Assembly: GCA_003599595.1 (NCBI GenBank)
Contig: QZIP01000011.1
Span: 2,638 to 66,637 of the forward strand
Length of the DNA stretch: 64,000 nt
DNA from: Candidatus Parcubacteria bacterium
Lineage (GTDB): Bacteria; Patescibacteriota; Microgenomatia; Levybacterales; GWA1-39-11
Direction: 5' to 3'
In this document: piece after piece, positions 10,873-18,505 of the stretch
Layout: each line of letters starts with the position of its first letter
Position numbering within the stretch: the first letter of the stretch is position 1
Notes under the pieces: generated by a model
Seen by the model: only the letters and a program-made list of their open reading frames with translations
The model's database searches: none
What the model was told of the DNA's origin: nothing
Made by a program: the position numbers and the translations under genes

Positions 10873-11430
10873 ATGCCAATTTACACCAAAAAAGGAGATC
10901 AAGGGCAAACATCACTTCTAAATAAACAAAAGGTCTGGAAAAATTCCCAAAGGACAACTGCTTATGGAACTATCGATGAATTAAATAGTCTACTCGGTGT
11001 CGTAGTTGCCGAAATTGAAAACTCAGAATTCATGATTCATGATTCAGAATTCAAAAATCGGATAATTAGTATCCAAAATGACCTATTTCACATTGGTTCG
11101 TCTCTTGCCAATCCAGACAGTGATAAGGTTGACATCAATCTTTTAGAAAAAGTAAAAGATTTTGAAAAAAATATTGATGAAATGACAGCTCAAATGCCGC
11201 CCCTAAGTGCGTTTATTCTTCCCGGAGGGGGAAGAGTAGGATCTCTTTTTCAGTTTGCCCGCGCCACGGCTCGTCGTGCCGAAAGAGAAGCAGTTGCACT
11301 TTTTCAAAAAGAAAAAATCCAAGAAAATATTCTTGTTTATCTAAACCGCCTTTCAGACTTGCTCTTTACTTTATCCCGCTTTGCAAATTATAAGGAAAAT
11401 AAAAAAGAAGTCATTTGGAAAAAATCCTAG
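10873..11430 (+). CDS. pduO: PduO-type ATP:cob(I)alamin adenosyltransferase
   Basis: IYTKKGDQGQTSL, AYGTIDELNS, FILPGG, ARRAER, YLNRLSDLLF. Confidence 0.95.
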   Translation: MPIYTKKGDQGQTSLLNKQKVWKNSQRTTAYGTIDELNSLLGVVVAEIENSEFMIHDSEFKNRIISIQNDLFHIGSSLANPDSDKVDINLLEKVKDFEKNIDEMTAQMPPLSAFILPGGGRVGSLFQFARATARRAEREAVALFQKEKIQENILVYLNRLSDLLFTLSRFANYKENKKEVIWKKS

Positions 11431-11479
11431 ACACCTCAACAACTTAAATACTTAGTCGTTGCTAGTAAAGCGATAAAGT

Positions 11480-11526
11480 CACCTCGGATGGTGGCCAAGC
11501 AACGACTTGGACTCCTCCGGGGTGGA
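11480..11526 (+). repeat. Palindromic element family A (CACCTnGGAwGGTGGC...GACTCCTyCnrGGTGGA)
   Basis: Same arms recur at 13152-13197, 15162-15199, partially at 36507-36563 and inside lepA at 62521-62576 (reverse). Confidence 0.85.
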
Positions 11527-11572
11527 GGTATTGAGAATAAACGTTGAGGAAATAAATAACGTAAATTAAGTC

Positions 11573-11605
11573 TTGAATAAATACTAATATACTAGTATAT
11601 TAGTA
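11573..11605 (+). promoter_or_regulatory. sigma70 promoter of the riboswitch leader, overlapped by a perfect 24-bp palindrome
   Basis: TTGAAT(11573-11578)-17-TATATT(11596-11601); TACTAATATACTAGTATATTAGTA at 11582-11605. Confidence 0.7.
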
Positions 11606-11609
11606 GCAC

Positions 11610-11741
11610 TGTTGGTTTAACCACTGCCCTGTTGAATAACGGGGTGGGAAGGTTGAAGATTTTGGGAATTAGGTGTAAATCCTAAACTGTGCCGCAGCGG
11701 TAATTTCGATCATCTCGAATAAGTCCGAAGACCGACCAACA
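11610..11741 (+). ncRNA. Cobalamin riboswitch aptamer (compact, Cbl-II-like)
   Basis: GGGAAttaGGTGtAAATCCtaaaCTGtgccgCAGCGGTAA core, B12-box-like AAGTCCGAAGACC, P1 TGTTGGT/ACCAACA; lies immediately after nrdJ-pduO. Confidence 0.9.
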
Positions 11742-11780
11742 TTGATCCCGAGCAGGAAACTGAAAATATATTTGAAGTTT

Positions 11781-11807
11781 AACCTTCTCGAGAGAGAAGG
11801 TTTTTTT
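11781..11807 (+). terminator. Intrinsic terminator of the riboswitch expression platform
   Basis: AACCTTCTC-GAGA-GAGAAGGTT followed by a T run; the 5' arm can alternatively pair with aptamer GGGAAGGTTGAA (11646-11657). Confidence 0.85.
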
Positions 11808-11955
11808 ATGGTCTAAAAAAAGCGGCGCCTAAATTTTGCTTGTCCCTCATAGCTTTAGCGAAGTGGGAAATTTTGAACTTTTTAAGGGTGTCTCCTTGAG
11901 GAGTATATTCAATTATGCTCAATGCGACGAAAGGTGACTCCCTTATAGAAATAAT

Positions 11956-13110
11956 ATGTCATTTAAAACAGAACAGTCTCATTATCAGACAATAGATGTT
12001 GCAAACAGAAATAGAGAAGTGGTTGGTTCAAGAGCCTGCAATCTAGAATATCTTTCCCATGTTACAGATGAGGAAATTAGAGACGATATTGTTTCTTATC
12101 TTGGGGAATATAGATTTAAACTCCAAAAATTTGATTACAAATTGGCTTTGGTAAAAGATAGTGATGGGAAAGTAGATCTTTGTGATCCACACCGTCTGGA
12201 GTCTATGTCTATTAAGTCAAAAAGAGCTATTGAGGAAAGAAAAGCAGCCGGTTTACCAACTCATAGGGAAGAAGCAGAAGAAACTGGAATAAGTCACTTA
12301 AAAGATCAGCTTAGATTTGCAAGAATAGGAGATAGGATATTTTGGGCAAGTCCTCCAGGGCCCAAAAGTGAAGGTTATGGAAACTATGGATTTTTATATT
12401 CAGGAAAAGTTTCGCAAATAAACTTTAACACTCAGGGAAAAGCTCAATATTTGGACATAGATATGACAGCAATAAGAGTAGAAAATCCTAGCATAGCAGA
12501 ATTTAACCAAGCAATGAGTGCTCTTACGGGAATAAAGTTTGATAACAGAGTTGCAGATGAATTTTTAGAACAGCCTGTGGTAACTAGAAGGTCAGTAAAA
12601 GATAGAGAAGTGGATAGTGTTATTTGTCAAAATTTTGACTTATCAGCTGATCAAAGAGAAAAATTTGATCAGGTTATTGCAGGTCTCGAGTCACAATTGT
12701 TAATAGATGACCTTATAAAAATTATCAGAACAGGATCAAGAGAAGAAAGAATTAAGGCCTTTTACACTCTTGAAAATTATGCCTTAAAGCTTAAGTCAGA
12801 AACAGCTCTCAATGAAAAAGTATTATACTTGAATGATTATAAAAAGAGAAAGTCTTTACAGGAGTTAGCAGTTTACTACAGCTATAGGCCTCCCATAGCT
12901 TTTGGCAGTTGCGGCTCAACAGACTCTAGCAATAGCTTAATTGGCTTAGGTTCTCCAAATGTCTTAAGTACTTTAGTCTTTGGCCCATCAAGCGAAAGAA
13001 AGATTCTTGCTTGTAAATGTCCTTCTTGTGAAAGACAAGTAAACGCTGTAATTGAGAACGGAAAAATAACCTGTCCCAAATGCAGCGCCTCAGCAGACTA
13101 CAATTGCTAA
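11956..13110 (+). CDS. Hypothetical protein with C-terminal zinc ribbon
   Basis: 384-aa ORF; GSCG motif, then CKCPSC...CPKC...C at the C terminus. Confidence 0.85.
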   Translation: MSFKTEQSHYQTIDVANRNREVVGSRACNLEYLSHVTDEEIRDDIVSYLGEYRFKLQKFDYKLALVKDSDGKVDLCDPHRLESMSIKSKRAIEERKAAGLPTHREEAEETGISHLKDQLRFARIGDRIFWASPPGPKSEGYGNYGFLYSGKVSQINFNTQGKAQYLDIDMTAIRVENPSIAEFNQAMSALTGIKFDNRVADEFLEQPVVTRRSVKDREVDSVICQNFDLSADQREKFDQVIAGLESQLLIDDLIKIIRTGSREERIKAFYTLENYALKLKSETALNEKVLYLNDYKKRKSLQELAVYYSYRPPIAFGSCGSTDSSNSLIGLGSPNVLSTLVFGPSSERKILACKCPSCERQVNAVIENGKITCPKCSASADYNC

Positions 13111-13151
13111 AATATCATCAAAAAGATGACTCCCTGAGGAAGAAGCGGGTC

Positions 13152-13197
13152 CTCCTGGAAGGTGGCCCCGCCCCAGACGGGACTCCTTCAAGGTGGA
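13152..13197 (+). repeat. Palindromic element family A copy
   Basis: CTCCTGGAAGGTGGC-cccgccccagacgg-GACTCCTTCAAGGTGGA. Confidence 0.8.
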
Positions 13198-13262
13198 CGA
13201 GAACGGAAGACACCTCCATACACATCTTGTTTTTTGTTTCATTTCAAAGCTAAAATGAAACT

Positions 13263-13967
13263 ATGTTTAACTTTTTTTTAAATTTTCTTTTTCCCAAAAA
13301 ATGTGTTGGCTGTAAAAAGCTTGGTACATATCTTTGTTCCAATTGTTTTAGTTTTATTTCTTTAAATACCGCATTTGTCTGCCCGGTCTGTACCAGACCC
13401 TCAATTGACGGTTTTACCCATCCCGTTTGCAGAACCAAATACTCTCTTGACGGTCTTATCTCTTGTTATGAGTACAAAGGGGTAGTAAAGAGCCTAATTT
13501 ATAAATTCAAATACAAGCCTTACCTTTCTAGTCTTAAAAATATTACAGGTAAACTTTTTTATGAAGCACTTATTCAGAATGAATTTTTTTATAATATTTT
13601 AAAAGAAAAACCAATCCTAATTCCTATTCCTCTTCATAAAAGCAAAGAACGCTCCCGTGGATATAACCATGCCCAGATTTTGTTAGAACGTATATCAAAA
13701 GATATCAGATTGCCAATTTATCCAAAAATCTTGTTTAGAACAAAAAACACCAAGCCTCAGTTTGGTCTAAAAAAAGAGGAGAGGATAAAAAATATAAGGG
13801 GAGCATTTGCTCTTAATTCAAATAATAAAATAGATCTTCGCGGCAAAACAGTTTTCTTGATAGATGATATTGCTACCACCTGTACCACCTTATCAGAATG
13901 TGCCAATGTCTTAAAAAGAAATGGTGCCAAAAAAGTCCTGGGCCTCACCTTTGCAAGGGAAAGGTAA
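13263..13967 (+). CDS. comF: ComF family competence protein (double zinc ribbon + PRTase fold)
   Basis: LFPKKCVGC...CSNC...CPVC, PIPLH...RGYNHA, VFLIDDIATT. Confidence 0.93.
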   Translation: MFNFFLNFLFPKKCVGCKKLGTYLCSNCFSFISLNTAFVCPVCTRPSIDGFTHPVCRTKYSLDGLISCYEYKGVVKSLIYKFKYKPYLSSLKNITGKLFYEALIQNEFFYNILKEKPILIPIPLHKSKERSRGYNHAQILLERISKDIRLPIYPKILFRTKNTKPQFGLKKEERIKNIRGAFALNSNNKIDLRGKTVFLIDDIATTCTTLSECANVLKRNGAKKVLGLTFARER

Positions 13968-14116
13968 ATGCAAATATATTTGAATAGAAATAGTACATAA
14001 AATGTAGCACTTCGCTAAAGCTTCGCGCTACACACTTCTTACCCATTTTAAAAGCGTGGTAACCTGTTAATTGTGGCCTTCCACGCGTAGCTCTTTACAA
14101 AGTAAAGAGCGAAGTG

Positions 14117-14512
14117 TGGAGATGGCCGAGAATGACCCGGCGTCCAAAAACAGTACCTATAAAATATCTACAAGCGTAGTCAATCTTTAATTGTCGTTTT
14201 AGGCTTAACTGATTGACAAGGGTGTCCTAAAACCAAGGTTAAAAGATAATATAAGGTAACCAGCCTCATATCCTTTTCTCAACTTTGTTTATGCCCGTAC
14301 TGTCCCGTTGAGAAGGGTCAATACAGACAGAGCTTAGTTTACGTAAGCAAGATTGCGTTCGTAAGCTAGGTCACTAGAACTTGGTCTAGCATTTATGTTT
14401 TGAGACTGTTTTATCCGCCTGTTAAGGCGAGATCTCGCTTTCGCGGACGGCTGTGTCTCAAAGCCGGCTTGCAATTTTAAAAGTGCTATCTCTGTCGATG
14501 CAATGCATCCCC
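14117..14512 (-). ncRNA. ssrA: tmRNA
   Basis: 5' GGGGAUG...UCGAC and 3' GGAC-T-arm-CAUCUCC-A with G3.U pair; tag frame after AUAAAU at 14390-14334 reads ARPSSSDLAYERNLAYVN*; directly downstream of smpB. CCA not encoded. Confidence 0.93.
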
Positions 14513-14583
14513 AAGACCAATATTATACCAAATTTTACCCTCAAAAGCAAAAAATTCAAGCTATAATTAGCTCAAACCACTCA

Positions 14584-15078
14584 TCAACGTATTATTTCTT
14601 TCAATTCTCTTTCAATATCTCTTTGAATATCTTTTTCTTTCAAAAGCTTTTTCTTTTCAAACTGTTTTTTACCCTTGGAAAGTCCTATCTCAAGCTTAAT
14701 CACACTGTTTGAAACATACATAGAGAGTGGGGTAAGGGTAAAATTTCCCTGACTTATTTTGGATTTTAGAGCAATTATTTCTCTTTTATGTAGAAGCAGC
14801 TTTCTGGTTCTGCTTTCATCATAGCCCTCAATCCTTGAAAATTTATAGGGAAATATCTTAGCATTCACCAGATACGCTTCAGACTCCATTATTTTTACAT
14901 AAGAACCTGTAAGATCTGCATGTCCACCTCTGACAGCCTTAACTTCCGATCCCAAAAGCACAATCCCAGCTTCAATCTTCTCAAATATCTTAAATGAGGC
15001 TGGGGCAGTCTTGTTATGTATCTGAACATTTTTTCTTTGGCTATGCTCATTTTTGTTATTTTCAGTAAAATTATTCAT
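14584..15078 (-). CDS. smpB: SsrA-binding protein SmpB
   Basis: IEAGIVLLGSEVKAVR, RTRKLLLHKREI, KGKKQFEKK. Start set at ATG 15078 (TACAAT 6 nt upstream). Confidence 0.96.
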   Translation of the reverse strand: MNNFTENNKNEHSQRKNVQIHNKTAPASFKIFEKIEAGIVLLGSEVKAVRGGHADLTGSYVKIMESEAYLVNAKIFPYKFSRIEGYDESRTRKLLLHKREIIALKSKISQGNFTLTPLSMYVSNSVIKLEIGLSKGKKQFEKKKLLKEKDIQRDIERELKEIIR

Positions 15079-15161
15079 AAGCATATTGTAGTGGGTGCAG
15101 GGAAAGCTTTCAAGTAGGACCCAATCTGTACCCAACTAACTCGAGTTTGAAGCGGTTTAAA

Positions 15162-15199
15162 CACCTGGAAGGTGGCCGCATGGACTCCTTCCAGGTGGA
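15162..15199 (+). repeat. Palindromic element family A copy
   Basis: CACCTGGAAGGTGGC-cgcat-GGACTCCTTCCAGGTGGA. Confidence 0.85.
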
Positions 15200-15398
15200 G
15201 GAAGTTGCAAAGCTGTGGAAGATGAGTATATTTATTGATTGTCATTGCGTAGCGCGGAAATCTTTTGTCAGCGGGATTGTTTTATTGCTAACGCTCTCAG
15301 CAACCAAGTTATGAAGTTAGAGTAGGGCAGTTAAAAAAACCAAGATGAAGCTAAATACGGTAATAAACTATAAGACTAAGAATAAAAATAGTCAAAAA

Positions 15399-15418
15399 TG
15401 TGGATAACTTGTTGATAA
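15399..15418 (-). promoter_or_regulatory. Tandem DnaA-box-like 9-mers
   Basis: TGTGGATAA (15399-15407, perfect TTATCCACA on the minus strand) and TGTTGATAA (15410-15418) in a 630-bp spacer. Confidence 0.45.
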
Positions 15419-15713
15419 CACAATATTATAGGTCATAAAATAAGATGATATAAGATGATGTAGTTTGATGTGATAAATGTTGAAAAATGAAAAAAACACG
15501 AAATCTTTTCACGGAATCGATTCGCGTCGCGTCAAGCGCGACTGCCACGTTTGACCTGGGGCGTAAAATTTCCCATGTTTCAGCGATCCTAATAATATAA
15601 TGTTTTGGATTTTGGAAATTTGGATTTGTTTTGCCGGCCTGCAACGCTTTGCGGAGCAATGCGGGCAGGGATTTCGGATTTTGTTATTCGGATTTATTTA
15701 GCAACACTATTCT

Positions 15714-17558
15714 TTATTGGAGGTCAAATGAATAAAGCTTATTATCTGCAACAACATATCCCTTTTTATTTGCCTCATCTATTGCAAATGAGTCCGCATC
15801 TTTTAGAGAATCCCATTTGTAGGAATTAACATAGTCTCCATCTTTGCCTATCGAAACAATTCTAGCGCTTTGCTTATCCAAGACATAGACGTTTGACATA
15901 TCTTTATCGGTATAAATAGAAAGACTGTTTCCAAAAGGGGTAACTAGGCCTTTAACTGAAAAACTCTCCTCTTTGCCCTTTGTAAATTTCCTTATTTTTC
16001 CATCTGCTTGTATAATCCAAATAGATGAATCTATAGAAAAGCTAACAGGTTCGCTTGAAAAATCAACCTCATTTGTGAAGTAGGAAGACTTGTTGAAGCC
16101 ACTGCTTACATATTTTTCAATATCATTTTCCTGGGAATTAAGAATATAAATATTTCCAAGAAAATTATCTATTGCAACTGCTCCACCGGAAACATTTTTA
16201 ATTATCCTCTCAGGTTTAGTTTTTTCTTTATCAAGTCTATAAATTCCATCTCCGCTTAAAAGATAAACATAGCTTTTATCAGAGCTTGCAATCTTTACAT
16301 CTTTTATTGCGCTTTGTAGCGTTTTTTGTAAAGACCCTTTTGTTGAAAAAAAGAGCACTGCCCCATTATTTTTATTGACAACAACCAGACTGTTTCCCTT
16401 AGTGCTTACCAAGTCTATGGTTTTAACTTTTTCATCTTTTTGGCTGTCAAACAGCACCTCTGTACTTATTTTTATTCCCTGGTCCAGGTCATCAATCTTA
16501 TTGTTTACTTCCGCTAAAAGATTTTCAATCTTTTTTCTTTCATTGCTCCCATTTTCAAATTTATTCTTTGCATCGTTTAACATTTTTTGTACTTCAGTCA
16601 ATTCACTTACAGCAAGGCTTTTGTTAAGATTTAGTATGGAAAGTGCTCCACTGTATTTTTGTTGAGCAGGATCAATAATTGCCTTAAATTCCTGTTCTTG
16701 TTGTTTTTGTTGTTGTCTGTTTTTTTCAATAACAATGCTTGCTCCAAGTGCACCTATCAAAACAATAATAAAAAATAAAATAATTGATTTTTTCCCTCCG
16801 ATAGCAGGTAGTTTTAACCATTCAAAAGAAAACCTTTTAAAGATGGTTTTAGAAGGTAAAATATTTTGTATTTTGTTTGCAATACTTTGCTTGTTTAATC
16901 TTCTTCCGGGATTATCGCTAATCACATCTTCTTCTTCCTTCTTTTCGGCTATTTCATTGCCATCATCCTCCATCTTGCCAGTTTTGTATTTCAATATTAT
17001 ACTTGCCTCTGTTCCTCTTGAATCTCTATGGATAGAAGGAGCAATATTCTCTGCAGCATCTAAAATATCCAAAGTATCCAGCAGTGAAGAAAGTTTATCA
17101 ACTGAGACCTTCTTGTAAAAATCAGCTGTCTCAATGATTATACTGTCATTATCTTTTAAAGGTCCTGAAAAACCATTTATTTCCCCTTCTTCACCTTCTG
17201 CCACAATTCCAATTTTGTCCTCTCTTTTGACTATTACATATCCCTGTCCAGCAATCACTATATAAAGAGTGTTTTGAATAATTGTGCTTAATATTATTGA
17301 ACAGTCTACATTTTCCTCAAGGCTTTTTATGGTATTTTCAACAGATGCTTTAATTGATTCCAAATTTTTTTCATCAAGTGCAAAAAATTCTCTTTGTAGT
17401 TTTTCAAGCACATCCTTCCCTAGAGTTGCTATGGTATTTTTTGCATGTTCCCTCTTAATACTTATAACCACATAAAGATTTAAGGTTGAATAGACCTGAG
17501 ACCAGCCTGTTTCAGTAGCATTTGCAACGATTTTAGATAAAAGAATATCTCCCTTCAT
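15714..17558 (-). CDS. Bitopic membrane protein: N-terminal PP2C-like fold, TM helix, coiled coil, C-terminal beta-propeller-like domain
   Basis: N-terminal alpha/beta pattern with 'SGPLKDNDSIIIETADF'; TM IILFFIIVLIGALGASIV; repeated 'NIYILN/SIWII/NVYVLD' blades. Confidence 0.6.
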   Translation of the reverse strand: MKGDILLSKIVANATETGWSQVYSTLNLYVVISIKREHAKNTIATLGKDVLEKLQREFFALDEKNLESIKASVENTIKSLEENVDCSIILSTIIQNTLYIVIAGQGYVIVKREDKIGIVAEGEEGEINGFSGPLKDNDSIIIETADFYKKVSVDKLSSLLDTLDILDAAENIAPSIHRDSRGTEASIILKYKTGKMEDDGNEIAEKKEEEDVISDNPGRRLNKQSIANKIQNILPSKTIFKRFSFEWLKLPAIGGKKSIILFFIIVLIGALGASIVIEKNRQQQKQQEQEFKAIIDPAQQKYSGALSILNLNKSLAVSELTEVQKMLNDAKNKFENGSNERKKIENLLAEVNNKIDDLDQGIKISTEVLFDSQKDEKVKTIDLVSTKGNSLVVVNKNNGAVLFFSTKGSLQKTLQSAIKDVKIASSDKSYVYLLSGDGIYRLDKEKTKPERIIKNVSGGAVAIDNFLGNIYILNSQENDIEKYVSSGFNKSSYFTNEVDFSSEPVSFSIDSSIWIIQADGKIRKFTKGKEESFSVKGLVTPFGNSLSIYTDKDMSNVYVLDKQSARIVSIGKDGDYVNSYKWDSLKDADSFAIDEANKKGYVVADNKLYSFDLQ

Positions 17559-17815
17559 AGGAACAGTGCAACAAAGATTAATAGTGATAAAGACATAAGG
17601 ACATTTAAGAGAGAAAGAGTCTTAAAGATTGGGGAAAAAGTTATTTGATTTACTATTCCGTTTAAGATATTTATTTGCTTGGCAAAAACTATTGCAAACA
17701 AGATGTATAAAGAAACAAGAATAATCAAAATATATTTAGATATTATGTTCTGATCGCTAACAATAGAAGAAAAACTATTAAAGATATTAAATATGTCCAT
17801 GTTGTTTATTTCCAA
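17555..17815 (-). CDS. Small two-TM membrane protein (DUF5657-like)
   Basis: 'LYILFAIVFAKQINILN' pattern; overlaps both neighbours as in an operon. Confidence 0.6.
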   Translation of the reverse strand: MEINNMDIFNIFNSFSSIVSDQNIISKYILIILVSLYILFAIVFAKQINILNGIVNQITFSPIFKTLSLLNVLMSLSLLIFVALFL

Positions 17816-18452
17816 TTAAATTACTGAGTATATTAATTATTTTTCCAGGATCTGGTACTCTATCAAACTCAAAATTTTTAAGCTCTCCGGCAGTCTGGAT
17901 TAAAACATCTCCATACCCCAAAATTGATCTCAACCCTCCAATCTGAGTGTAGCTGACATCCTCTATCAAGTCAAGTTTTGTTTGGGCAACATTTCTATGC
18001 AGCGTATTAATAATGTCTATATCAATTATTCTTTTGTTTGTTAATATTCCAATGTGAAAATACCAGGAAGAAAAATTAATCAAAAAGTAGCCAAAAATTA
18101 TTAAATAATAAAAAATAAATATAGAGGTTTTTGTAAGTATAGAAATATTGATAAACGGAAAAATAATTGTTAAAAACGGAGCAAGAATTATTGGGATAAT
18201 TACAAGAAATATGATGGCGGCAATCCAGGGAATATTGGTTGCAAAGTGTCTTCTAACCAGAAGTATAATTTCTTCATCGCTATCTTGATGCTCAAAAACC
18301 ACATTTTTAGGATAAACAAGCAAAGATGAATAAAAATGAGGAGAGCTTTTTTTGTGTCTTCCGTGTGTGTCTTGCTGTAATTTTTTGTTTTCTGGTTGAG
18401 GATGTTTAATAATAAATTCTCCTTCAATTGGTTTGTTTCTAGAAGCTTGCAT
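17787..18452 (-). CDS. Membrane protein with bacterial PH (bPH_2) domain
   Basis: EEIILLVRRH, two TMs, 'ILTNKRIIDI...IEDVSY...GYGDVLIQTAGE'. Confidence 0.85.
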   Translation of the reverse strand: MQASRNKPIEGEFIIKHPQPENKKLQQDTHGRHKKSSPHFYSSLLVYPKNVVFEHQDSDEEIILLVRRHFATNIPWIAAIIFLVIIPIILAPFLTIIFPFINISILTKTSIFIFYYLIIFGYFLINFSSWYFHIGILTNKRIIDIDIINTLHRNVAQTKLDLIEDVSYTQIGGLRSILGYGDVLIQTAGELKNFEFDRVPDPGKIINILSNLIGNKQHGHI

Positions 18453-18505
18453 AGTCTTTAAATTATAGCTAAAATTGCTCTTGTTTGCTACCTTTTCACT
18501 TTTGC

